DNA from: Leptolyngbyaceae cyanobacterium
GTDB taxonomy: Bacteria; Cyanobacteriota; Cyanobacteriia; Phormidesmidales; Phormidesmidaceae
DNA: 64,000 nucleotides
Assembly (NCBI GenBank): GCA_050331235.1
Contig: JBHJHA010000019.1
Location: forward strand, 1-64,000
Direction of reading: 5' to 3'
Positions within the stretch are counted from its first letter, which is position 1. Every line of letters starts with the position of its first letter. A program made the position numbers and the translations under genes. This document shows, piece by piece, positions 53,681 through 62,197 of this stretch. A model generated the notes under the pieces. It saw nothing but the letters and a program-made list of their open reading frames with translations, did no database searches and had not been told where the DNA came from.

Positions 53681-54544
53681 CTATTGCTCAGGATTGATCG
53701 CTGCATACAGCGATGAATAGTCCTGGTCAGCCAAGCCCTGGGCGATCGCCTGGGCCACCACCTCTGCTACCGTATCGGCTAGGGCTGGTGTCAGCCCCGC
53801 TGAGACGGCAGCTTCAGAAAACAGCTTCATATCCTTAAGCAGGTGCTTCGTGGGAAAGTTCGGATTCGCAAAGTTGCGATCGCCCATGCGACTCAGCTTT
53901 TTATCAAATGTAGGGGCATACAACGCACTGCCCCGGACAATACCCATAAACGCTTCAACATTAATGCCTTCCCGCTGTACCAGCGCCAGGCTCAAGGCAA
54001 ACGCAGTTGTCAAAGACCCAATGAGCTGATTCATCGCGAGCTTGACGGCGGCCCCTGCGCCAACGGGTCCCAGATATTCCACTTGAGTACCCAAATGCTG
54101 TAGCAGCGGCTGCCACTGCTCATATTGCTCCGGCGTACTGCCCACCATCACAATCAAGCTGCCGTCCCTAGCCTGGGGAATGCTGCCTAGCACCGGAGCC
54201 TCGAGATAGTCGCCTTGGGCGGCCTGCACCCGAGCCATCAGCAAGCGGCTGTGTTCCGGTGCGATGGTCCCCATTTGAATAACGGTACGATTCGCCAGGG
54301 CAGCGGCGGCCTCTGGGGTGAATAGCGTATCCGCGATCGCCGCCGCGTCCGCCAACATCAAAATCGTGACTGCGCAGCCCTCAAGGACCGCAGCCGGCAC
54401 CTGACCGATTTGGATGCCCTGCTCAGCTAAGGAAGCCAGTTTTTCAGCTGAGCGATTGTAGGCCATTACCCTATGCCCAGCGCGCTGTAGCGTCAGCGCC
54501 ATTGGTGCTCCCATTAATCCTGTGCCCAAAACCCCGACTTTCAT
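53681..54544 (-). CDS. NAD(P)-dependent beta-hydroxyacid dehydrogenase (3-hydroxyisobutyrate/glyoxylate-SSA reductase family)
   Basis: GVLGTGLMG, YNRS, EAPVLGS, AVKLAMN, FPTKHLLKD; ATG at 54544. Confidence 0.92.
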   Translation of the reverse strand: MKVGVLGTGLMGAPMALTLQRAGHRVMAYNRSAEKLASLAEQGIQIGQVPAAVLEGCAVTILMLADAAAIADTLFTPEAAAALANRTVIQMGTIAPEHSRLLMARVQAAQGDYLEAPVLGSIPQARDGSLIVMVGSTPEQYEQWQPLLQHLGTQVEYLGPVGAGAAVKLAMNQLIGSLTTAFALSLALVQREGINVEAFMGIVRGSALYAPTFDKKLSRMGDRNFANPNFPTKHLLKDMKLFSEAAVSAGLTPALADTVAEVVAQAIAQGLADQDYSSLYAAINPEQ

Positions 54545-54547
54545 GAC

Positions 54548-54598
54548 TTTTCCCCAGTTCACCCCAGTTTTCCACAGAATTCCGGTGCTTTTTCCACA
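54548..54598 (+). promoter_or_regulatory. Cluster of DnaA-box-like 9-mers
   Basis: TTTTCCACA at 54568 and 54590, TTTTCCCCA at 54548, TTCACCCCA at 54558. Confidence 0.4.
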
Positions 54599-54762
54599 TG
54601 CTGACCAGCTTCAGTCAACGGCTGACCCGTCACAACCTCTCCGCTGCCAGCCCGTCACGCCGGACGGGGCTTCTAGCTCACATATGAGAGAGCCAAAAAC
54701 AACCGCGATCGCTATAAACGGCATTCATAGGCTGAAAACTCACCTCCACCCCCGGGCCACGC

Positions 54763-55089
54763 TTAATCAAGATCAGTCGGTTCATCCAGATGCTCCGAGG
54801 CCTCCTGATACAAATTGAGGATGTGGTGATCTTTCAAGCAGTAGTACACCGCCCTTCCCCGTTTGCGGTAGCTGACTAATCGCATATTGCGCAATACCCG
54901 CAACTGATGAGACACCGCCGACTCAGTCATCTCAACGGCTTGGGCAATCTCGCCTACCCGCCGCTCTTCGGCCGCCAATACTGACAAAATTCGCCAGCGA
55001 TTGGGATCTCCCAGCACCCCAAAAAACTCGGCCATGCGCTGGGCTTTTTCAATGCTGAGAATCTCGCTGGTTGGACCTGACTCAGCCAC
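54763..55089 (-). CDS. smtB: SmtB/ArsR Zn-sensing repressor
   Basis: [20 protein letters not shown], alpha5 site DHH-x10-HLDE; divergent from the metallothionein; start uncertain. Confidence 0.9.
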   Translation of the reverse strand: MAESGPTSEILSIEKAQRMAEFFGVLGDPNRWRILSVLAAEERRVGEIAQAVEMTESAVSHQLRVLRNMRLVSYRKRGRAVYYCLKDHHILNLYQEASEHLDEPTDLD

Positions 55090-55152
55090 ACGTTACACTC
55101 CGAGCTTCCACAATCATAGTTGGAGACCTCCTTTTGATCACATTCAAATGTA

Positions 55153-55197
55153 TGAACAAGCATTCAGGTGTGATAGTAAAACCTGAACATTTGTTCA
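55153..55197. promoter_or_regulatory. Two SmtB operator cores (TGAA-N6-TTCA)
   Basis: TGAACAAGCATTCA 55153-55166 and TGAACATTTGTTCA 55184-55197 in the smtB/smtA divergent spacer. Confidence 0.8.
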
Positions 55198-55243
55198 CAT
55201 TTTACTATCATCCTAATTATTTATCGCTTGAAAGGAGCTCACC

Positions 55244-55408
55244 ATGGTTGCAACTCAAACCCAATGTGCCTGCAGCAGCTGCCAGTGCACCGTAGACACC
55301 ACCACCGCGATTGAGAAAGACAGTCAATATTATTGCTGCAAGGCTTGCGCTAACGGCCATGAAAATGGCTCTAACTGTGGCAATGCCGACTGCAACTGCC
55401 CTCACTAG
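55244..55408 (+). CDS. smtA: Bacterial metallothionein (54 aa; absent from the ORF track)
   Basis: RBS AAAGGAG; MVATQTQCACSSCQCTVDTTTAIEKDSQYYCCKACANGHENGSNCGNADCNCPH*. Confidence 0.95.
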   Translation: MVATQTQCACSSCQCTVDTTTAIEKDSQYYCCKACANGHENGSNCGNADCNCPH

Positions 55409-55451
55409 CCGGTGTCGCCTCATCATTTTCACGCCTCCCGGAGGGCAAGGG

Positions 55452-56191
55452 CTATGACTGTCTGTCCTGCGGGGACTGAGCCACCGCCACTTGATCGATA
55501 GCGAGCCAAGTATCCAAAAAGGCATCGAGCCATCGGTCCACTCGCTGGCCATGCCGTTCGTGGCGGTGAAACTGCTGCATGCAAGGCTGTGCCCCGGGCA
55601 AATCAAGTTGATCGGCTCCCCGAGAGGTCCATTCATCAATGAGCATCGTCGTAATTTCAGGATGAAACTGTAATCCGATCGCTGTCTCACCATAGCGAAA
55701 GGCCTGATGCGGAAACACCTCTCCCCTAGCCAGGAGCGTCGCCCCGTTAGGCAGGGTAAACCCTTCGCTGTGCCAGTGGTAAACCTGCATCGGAGCCGGA
55801 AAGTATGGCTCTCCCTGAGCGGTTGGATAAAGTGGATAGTAGCCAATTTCACGCTGTCCCTGGCGATGTCGTGCAACTTCAGCCCCCAGCACCCGTGCTA
55901 GGAGTTGTGCGCCGAGACAAATGCCCAAGTAGGGGCGCCCCGACGCCAGCGCGATCGCCAACCAATCGAGCTCAGCTTTGATGAACGGCAGCGTGACATC
56001 ATCGTTAGCGCTCATGGGCCCCCAAATACAATCGTCCCCTCATGTTCGGCTAGGGTCGAGGGCAGCACATCGCCCAATGCAGGGCACCGAACATCGAGCT
56101 GATAGCCCCGCGATCGCAGCTTTTCGCCCACTAATCCTGGACTAGAGGTTGCTTGATGCACAATCATCAGCAATTGATGCGCTTGGGTCAT
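55452..56191 (-). pseudogene. Class I glutamine amidotransferase (GMP-synthase-like), frameshifted
   Basis: ATG 56191 gives MTQAHQLLMIVHQ...IVFGGP then TGA; the next frame continues MSANDD..LGICLGAQ..WHSE..QFHPE; 1 nt is missing at 56016-56023. Confidence 0.85.
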
Positions 56192-56342
56192 GCTCTCTTG
56201 GGGGAAATCGCCATGCCCTTCACTCTAGCCTGTTCCCCCGACCATCAGTCTGGGCGGATGAGGTCTGGGCGATGACGAGCGGGGCCGATAGGATAGCGCC
56301 GGGCCTACCGACACAGGCGCTAGTTGAGCCCAGGGACCATAA

Positions 56343-58265
56343 TCACACCAAACTATCGACCCCCACCCAAGGCAATTGGGCCAGATCTTCAAATGTCGTT
56401 TGCCGTTCTTTCTCCAGCTCTGCAATCCGACGTTTTTCCGCATAGATTTGATTTTGGAAGTAGGCCAGCTGGTCTGCCGGCTGGGTCTGATTACTCTCTG
56501 TCCAGAGCTGTAAAAAATGGCGATAGCGCTTTTCACAGAGGGTTTGCTCAATGCAGGCAGCGGCCGCCCGAATCACGAGGGGCGCTCGCAACACGTCTCG
56601 CCGTGTTTTTTCATCTAGATAATAGAGATGCTGGGTTTGGCTCAACGCCGCTGATTGGGCCGCCGCATTCCGCAACCAGCCGGCCAAGTCATCCAACTCA
56701 GAGACATCTTGGGCCCGCACTGTCTGCCATAGAGCACGATGGTGGGAAAAACTAAACTGCAAGTCACGTTTTTCCAGCATTTCCAATACCTCTGGCCGAT
56801 GCTCAGCGCTGTGAATGAACACCCGCAGCAGCGCGGCCTCAGCCGCCTCGAGGGTACTGGTTTGGGTAAAGGCAAGCTTTGGCCGAGCGGTCTCTCCACC
56901 CGGCGATCGCCGCTGCCGCCGCACCTGCACCATGAGATTTTCCGCGAGCAGGGGCACCAACCGGCCATCCCCTCGGCTGAATAGCTCCGCACACTGGCGC
57001 ACGTAGTGAGTCCGCGTGTCCGCATTGGCGATTTCACTCAGGAGCGCCACAATCTGTTGGGAGGTTTGCTGAAACTGATCAGCCTGGGCAAGGTCGCGGC
57101 CAGCAATCAGCTGCTGAATTTGCCAGTCAATCCACAAGGGAGCCTGCTCGAGCAGGGTCTTATAGGCTTCGATGGGATGATGCTGCAAAAACTCATCAGG
57201 GTCTTTGCCCTGAGGGATATTGAGGATCCGGAGCTGTACTTCCCCGCGATAGGCCATGGCCTCCACTTCATGGATTGCCCGCTGGGCGGCTTTGACCCCA
57301 GCCGCATCCGCATCAAAGTTGAGAATGATTTGCTTAGACTCGGTGTAGCGCAGGAGCTGTCGGACTTGATTGGCATTGCAGGCCGTTCCCAGGGCTGCCA
57401 CCGCAGTGGGGCTACCCGCTGCATGCAGGGCAATTACGTCGAAATAGCCTTCAACGATGACGGCCCGATCTTGCTGGGCGATCGCGCTGCGAGCCTTATC
57501 CAAGCCATATAGCGTTTGGCCCTTATCAAACAGCTCTGTATCCGGAGAGTTGAGATATTTAGGCTGGTCTTCCTCGGAGAGGGCCCGACCCCCAAAACCA
57601 ATTACGCGCCCTCGAGTGTCGTGAATCGGAATCATCAGGCGATCGCGAAATCGGTCATAGTAGCCACTGCCTGACGACCGGGGAACGATCAATCCGGCTT
57701 GCTCCACCAGCGTCACGGGAAACTTTTTTTGGTCAACCAAGTAGCCAGACAGGGTTTGCCAGCCGCCGGGCGCATAGCCCAGTTGAAACTGCTGGATCGT
57801 CTCCTCAGTCAGTCCCCGCTGGGTAGTGAGATAGACCCAGGCTGCCGACCCATCTTCCTGCCGCAGCGCATGCTCATAAAAGCTCGTCGTAATCGCCAAA
57901 ATCTCATAAAGCTGCTCCCGTAGGGTAAGCTGTCGCTGCAGCGCTTGGCGCTTTTCAGGCTCTAGGGTCTTAACTGGGACCTGATAACGCTTGGCCAACT
58001 CCAACACCACATCGGTAAATGAGCGCTGGCCAAGCTCCATCAAAAACTTGTAAGTGTTGCCCCCTGCCCCACAGGAAAAACAGTAGTAAAACTGCTTCGC
58101 AGGACTGACGCTAAAACTGGGTGACTTGTCGTCGTGAAAGGGGCACAAACCGACATAGTCTTTCCCCTGCTTTTTGAGGACGACATGCTCCGAGACGATA
58201 TCGACAATATCAGCGCGATCGCGAACGGCGGAGATCGTATCAGGGTGAAGACGGGGCGTAGGCAT
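56343..58265 (-). CDS. dnaG: DNA primase
   Basis: CPFHDDKSPSF..CFSC zinc ribbon; PKYLNSP, VEGYFDV, FDADAAG, GKDPDE TOPRIM. Confidence 0.97.
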   Translation of the reverse strand: MPTPRLHPDTISAVRDRADIVDIVSEHVVLKKQGKDYVGLCPFHDDKSPSFSVSPAKQFYYCFSCGAGGNTYKFLMELGQRSFTDVVLELAKRYQVPVKTLEPEKRQALQRQLTLREQLYEILAITTSFYEHALRQEDGSAAWVYLTTQRGLTEETIQQFQLGYAPGGWQTLSGYLVDQKKFPVTLVEQAGLIVPRSSGSGYYDRFRDRLMIPIHDTRGRVIGFGGRALSEEDQPKYLNSPDTELFDKGQTLYGLDKARSAIAQQDRAVIVEGYFDVIALHAAGSPTAVAALGTACNANQVRQLLRYTESKQIILNFDADAAGVKAAQRAIHEVEAMAYRGEVQLRILNIPQGKDPDEFLQHHPIEAYKTLLEQAPLWIDWQIQQLIAGRDLAQADQFQQTSQQIVALLSEIANADTRTHYVRQCAELFSRGDGRLVPLLAENLMVQVRRQRRSPGGETARPKLAFTQTSTLEAAEAALLRVFIHSAEHRPEVLEMLEKRDLQFSFSHHRALWQTVRAQDVSELDDLAGWLRNAAAQSAALSQTQHLYYLDEKTRRDVLRAPLVIRAAAACIEQTLCEKRYRHFLQLWTESNQTQPADQLAYFQNQIYAEKRRIAELEKERQTTFEDLAQLPWVGVDSLV

Positions 58266-58449
58266 GGTGATAGGACGAAGCCACCAGGGATAGTGTCTTA
58301 TATAATATCTAAACCCTAGCCTTAGAGCATTCCTGGGAACAGTTACGATTTGTCAGGAACAAGCAGTTCATTTGAATTATAGACATTATCCAGGACGTGG
58401 CAACCTCGACTGGCCTGGTCAAAAGCGCTGTGGATCGAAGAGGTTGGTC

Positions 58450-58572
58450 ATACCAATTCTCTGTAATAGCGCTATAGATTTGAAGATCCCCCGCTGTCGC
58501 TGTCCCCTTGAAAAAGGGACTTTGAAGAATCTATATATTCGTGATTCGCAGAAATAGTAGCAGAAATAGTAT
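58450..58572. mobile_element. MITE-like non-autonomous IS630-related element
   Basis: ATACCAATTCTCTG identical to the IS630 end at 16147-16160; internal hairpin GTCCCCTTGAAAAAGGGAC; degenerate right end GCAGAAATAGTA present twice. Confidence 0.7.
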
Positions 58573-58789
58573 TAGACATCGGCACCGACAGCTCACAAGT
58601 TTCTTGCTACCGATAGAGTCATCTCACTGTGAATCCATCGATGAAGGGAGCAGCTTAGTCACTCTCTGGCGAATTTATCAAACGTTCGATGGTGTTACGG
58701 TGACCCACTCATTCGTTAAGTTGTGTAACAAGTATAGATTGCAGCGGATATCTTGCCTGCGATCGCATCTGAAGACATTGAAGGATTAT

Positions 58790-59257
58790 ATGACTTACCT
58801 AACCTTAGACGCTGTTAAAGAGTCCCTCAAACAATTTGAAAAGTTTGATACGGATACTCAGCTCGCCATTCTTTGGTTTGGTTATCTAGACATTAGAGAC
58901 AACCTGACGCCGGCACCCGGGCACAAAGTTGAAGGGCTAGCCCAGGCCGTTTATGACCAAGTTGCTCCACTCAGTCAAGACGAGCAACTACAAGTACAGC
59001 GGGATATCGCCAGCCGCGCCGACACGGACATCAGCCGCGCTTACGGAGCCCTGAGCCCTAGCGCTAAGCTAGATGTGTGGCTAATGCTGGCCCAGGGGAT
59101 GGAAGCTGGCAAAATCGTCAACGTCCCCGATGATTGTCAGCTACCCGAGCATACGCAGTCATTCGTTGACAATATCAAAGCCCTTGACTTTGAAGAGCGG
59201 ATCAATTTCACTCGCAATGCAGTGACCAAGATGGGTCTAAACCCTTCCATTGCCTAA
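58790..59257 (+). CDS. Helical carotenoid protein (stand-alone orange carotenoid protein N-terminal domain)
   Basis: D.QLAILWFGY..I...LTPAP, LSQDEQLQVQRDI, ISRAYGALS..KL..W..LAQGM, LDFEERINF.R..V..MG; RBS AAGGA before ATG 58790. Confidence 0.9.
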   Translation: MTYLTLDAVKESLKQFEKFDTDTQLAILWFGYLDIRDNLTPAPGHKVEGLAQAVYDQVAPLSQDEQLQVQRDIASRADTDISRAYGALSPSAKLDVWLMLAQGMEAGKIVNVPDDCQLPEHTQSFVDNIKALDFEERINFTRNAVTKMGLNPSIA

Positions 59258-59289
59258 CCACTCAGCGATAGTCACTGCACCATGAATTG

Positions 59290-59324
59290 AATGCAGTCTT
59301 GCCGATGCGAGGCTGCATTTTGTT
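59290..59324 (+). terminator. Intrinsic terminator of the HCP gene
   Basis: AATGCAGTCTTGC-CGAT-GCGAGGCTGCATT-TTGTT. Confidence 0.75.
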
Positions 59325-59528
59325 GTTCCAGAACTCCGCCGGTCAGCCATGGTGGAGTATGAGCAAGGGTTGGGACGCGATCGCCGCTCGTATCACGTCC
59401 AGAGTCGGGTCTGTCAGGTCTGTTTTCTCAGTGACTAAAACTCTTATGACCACGCTAGCCCTAGCTGCTGCACAATGGAGACAAGCTGCTACGGATTCAC
59501 GGACCGCAGCGTCGCCGAGGGAGCCCCT

Positions 59529-59948
59529 ATGCAATTGCCTGAAGATCCGGAACTCTCCCCTCAGATCAACATCGTGCCGATGGTTGACGTGATCTTTGTA
59601 GTGTTGGCCTTTTTTATCCTCTCCAGCCTGTTTTTGACTCGGTCAGAGGGACTACCAGTCACCTTACCCAGTGCTGCCACCAGTGAAAGTCAGATACAAG
59701 AGCATTCACTCACGCTAAGCCTCACCAGTTCCGGCGATTTACAACTCGGCAGCGAGCCAGCAACGTTAGCGTCTTTGCCCGACCAGATCCAAGCCCGACG
59801 GATTGGCAATCGCCCGATGTTGATTATCTTGCGGGCCGATGCCGATATTCCCCATCGTCAAGTCGTTGCGGTGATGGATCGCTTGCGCACAATTGACAAT
59901 TTAGCCCTCGCGATCGCCACCCAGGGAGCAGATCCTGCATCTAACTAA
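59529..59948 (+). CDS. exbD: ExbD/TolR biopolymer transport protein
   Basis: QINIVPMVDVIFVVLAFFI, LPVTLPSA, ILRAD...VVAVMD; ATG at 59529. Confidence 0.9.
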   Translation: MQLPEDPELSPQINIVPMVDVIFVVLAFFILSSLFLTRSEGLPVTLPSAATSESQIQEHSLTLSLTSSGDLQLGSEPATLASLPDQIQARRIGNRPMLIILRADADIPHRQVVAVMDRLRTIDNLALAIATQGADPASN

Positions 59949-60096
59949 CGGCCGTTGTTTTTACTGCAGCGATCAGCGATCGCCCGTGGTCAGAGCGTTG
60001 CAACATTTAGCCCAGTGGTCGCTGTAGTTGCAACGCTCCAGAATCTTCAAAGGTAGCCCTTAGTTGTGTCCCACAAATCACATCATTGCGTCGATA

Positions 60097-60167
60097 CATC
60101 ATAATCATTCTCAATAAGCTAATCTTCTTGCAAATTTCTGGGATCACTCGCTATGATTGTCAATAAG
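60097..60167 (+). promoter_or_regulatory. Putative FurA boxes in the fur promoter
   Basis: CATCATAATCATTCTCAAT; repeated ATT(C/G)TCAATAAG at 60107 and 60156. Confidence 0.55.
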
Positions 60168-60192
60168 GCTTCATTGTTGAGAGGACTCACCC

Positions 60193-60645
60193 GTGGCATA
60201 CACTGCTTCTGCACTCAAGGCTGAGCTAAATGAACGCGGGTGGCGTATGACCCCTCAGCGCGAAATTATCCTGGAAACATTTCAAAATTTGCCCAAGGGC
60301 GAACATCTAAGCGCTGAAGATTTGCGCGACGTACTCAAAGGGGAAGGAGAGCAGGTTAGCTTATCGACTATCTACCGTAACCTCAAGCTACTGGCACGGA
60401 TGGGCATTTTGCGCGAGCTCGAGTTGGCAGAAGGACAAAAACGGTACGAAATCAATCAGCCTTCGCCCCATCATCACCACCACTTAATCTGTGTACGCTG
60501 CAATAAGACCATCGAGTTTAAAAACGACTCGGTCTTAAAGGCGGGTGCTCGCACCGCTAAAAAGTCGGGATACCATCTACTAGATTGTCAGCTCACCATC
60601 CATGCGGTGTGCCCCACCTGTCAGCGATCACTGCTACCCGTTTAA
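60193..60645 (+). CDS. fur: Ferric uptake regulator FurA
   Basis: YTASALKAELNERGWRMTPQRE, HLSAEDL, STIYR, HHHHLICVRC, CPTC; RBS GAGGA before GTG. Confidence 0.95.
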   Translation: MAYTASALKAELNERGWRMTPQREIILETFQNLPKGEHLSAEDLRDVLKGEGEQVSLSTIYRNLKLLARMGILRELELAEGQKRYEINQPSPHHHHHLICVRCNKTIEFKNDSVLKAGARTAKKSGYHLLDCQLTIHAVCPTCQRSLLPV

Positions 60646-60658
60646 GCGCCCCCAGTCA

Positions 60659-62197
60659 TCACGGTAGCCAAGTCGGTTGTGTCCCCTCCAGTGACAGCAC
60701 TTGGGGGGCGGCGGCGGCTGGAGTTCCCGATAGGCGTTGTTCAGTGGTGGCAAATAAGGGTAAGAGCACTGTCTGGGTCTGCTCGGCATTGCTCGCATCC
60801 GAGTTGGCAGACGTCACTCCGATGAGGGCTGCCAGCCCATCGGGGGCAATATCCATAGCGACTCGTGCCTGGGCTGGTAAGTCGAGGAGCTTGATCGGCG
60901 TCGGATCCTCGGTCAGCGGTACGGCAGCGACGTAGGGCTGTTCTTGATAATCGTCACCGGGCAACAGTTCACTCGCCAAGACATAGAGAATACGGCCAGT
61001 CGGGTCAAATTCAGCACTCATGATGGAGCCCGTGGCATCCAACAGAGGCGTCTCTTCCCCTTGGTTAGTGACCAACACTAGCGTTTCTAAGAAGCGCCGC
61101 TCAGGGTCGTTTTGATTAAAATCCACCATGGCCGCCGCTGTGCCATCGCGACTCACATCAAACACTCGGCCAAACTCAGGCAAAAAGTCCAGGGGCGCTG
61201 CCGTCACCGGCTCATCTCCCCCGGCTTCGAGAGGGATAATCGCCGTTCCCTGCCCTTGTAACAACAGTAAGGTTTGACTATCCGGCGCAATGAGGAATTC
61301 TCCCCCTGGTTCCGTGTCGAGGCGGCGCGGCTCCACGTCATTCTCAATGATCCAGGGGCCAAAGTCAGACGGATCCGACTGATTGACGCGCTGCACAACG
61401 ATTTTTTGACCATCCGGAGCCAAATCAAACGCGAGATTTTGATACACTCGGCTGTCCAGCACGGGGGTAATCGTACCGGCGTCTGCGGGTTCAGTAGCCA
61501 GCTCGGGGGTCTGCATGGTCGGTTCGGCGGGGGGTAAGGGAGCTAATCCGGTAGCGGCGGTATAGAGCGCCGGATTGCGAATCCCTTGATTGCGATCGCG
61601 AGCTAGCACCGCTGAAAAGAGGAGGCGATCGCCCAATGGATAAGGCTCAAAGCTCAGCACTTGCCAATCGGTCGGCGTTAATGCAGTAGGATCGCTTCCC
61701 TGGGAAAAATTGATCAGCATGAGGCGGCCCGCTTCATCTCCCTGACTGCCAATGTAGGCAATGGCGCGATCACGACTTTGAAATGTCCCAGTAAAGGGCT
61801 GAAACTGCGTTGTCTGCTCTCCATCGGCAAAGCGATCGCGGGCCGCAGGCAGGGAGACCTCATAGGCCTCACCATAGGGCACCGGAATGTCTAGGGTATA
61901 GGCCATGCGTCGGCCCGCCCAGCTCATCCGCCCTGGCAAATCCGGGGTGATAGTCAGATTATCGGCCACACTGTCTGGCTCCATCGGGCGGGTAAACGTG
62001 AGGGTAAACGCCACATTTTCCGCCCCCACGGTGCGCGATTCCCAGGAAAAGGTTTGCACCCGCGCTACGGCATGGTCCCCCAGCAGCACCAAAAATCCCG
62101 AGAGGGCTAATAACAACCCCATCAGGCCCACAGCCAATTTATCTAAGGGCAAGCGGCCACGGCGGTAGGCTCGGCGAGTTACACGATCAAAACTCAT
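60659..62197 (-). CDS. Membrane-anchored periplasmic protein (Ig-like + TolB-like propeller), third gene of the permease operon
   Basis: N-terminal TM; LTFTRPM..SV...I.P.LPG..SWAGR Ig-like pattern; repeated F..APDG/PTG propeller turns; 11-bp overlap with the upstream gene. Confidence 0.75.
   Translation of the reverse strand: MSFDRVTRRAYRRGRLPLDKLAVGLMGLLLALSGFLVLLGDHAVARVQTFSWESRTVGAENVAFTLTFTRPMEPDSVADNLTITPDLPGRMSWAGRRMAYTLDIPVPYGEAYEVSLPAARDRFADGEQTTQFQPFTGTFQSRDRAIAYIGSQGDEAGRLMLINFSQGSDPTALTPTDWQVLSFEPYPLGDRLLFSAVLARDRNQGIRNPALYTAATGLAPLPPAEPTMQTPELATEPADAGTITPVLDSRVYQNLAFDLAPDGQKIVVQRVNQSDPSDFGPWIIENDVEPRRLDTEPGGEFLIAPDSQTLLLLQGQGTAIIPLEAGGDEPVTAAPLDFLPEFGRVFDVSRDGTAAAMVDFNQNDPERRFLETLVLVTNQGEETPLLDATGSIMSAEFDPTGRILYVLASELLPGDDYQEQPYVAAVPLTEDPTPIKLLDLPAQARVAMDIAPDGLAALIGVTSANSDASNAEQTQTVLLPLFATTEQRLSGTPAAAAPQVLSLEGTQPTWLP

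Noticed and set aside
58541..58789. 83-aa N-terminal extension of the HCP ORF
   Set aside because: It starts inside the MITE; the ATG at 58790 has an RBS and matches the domain start
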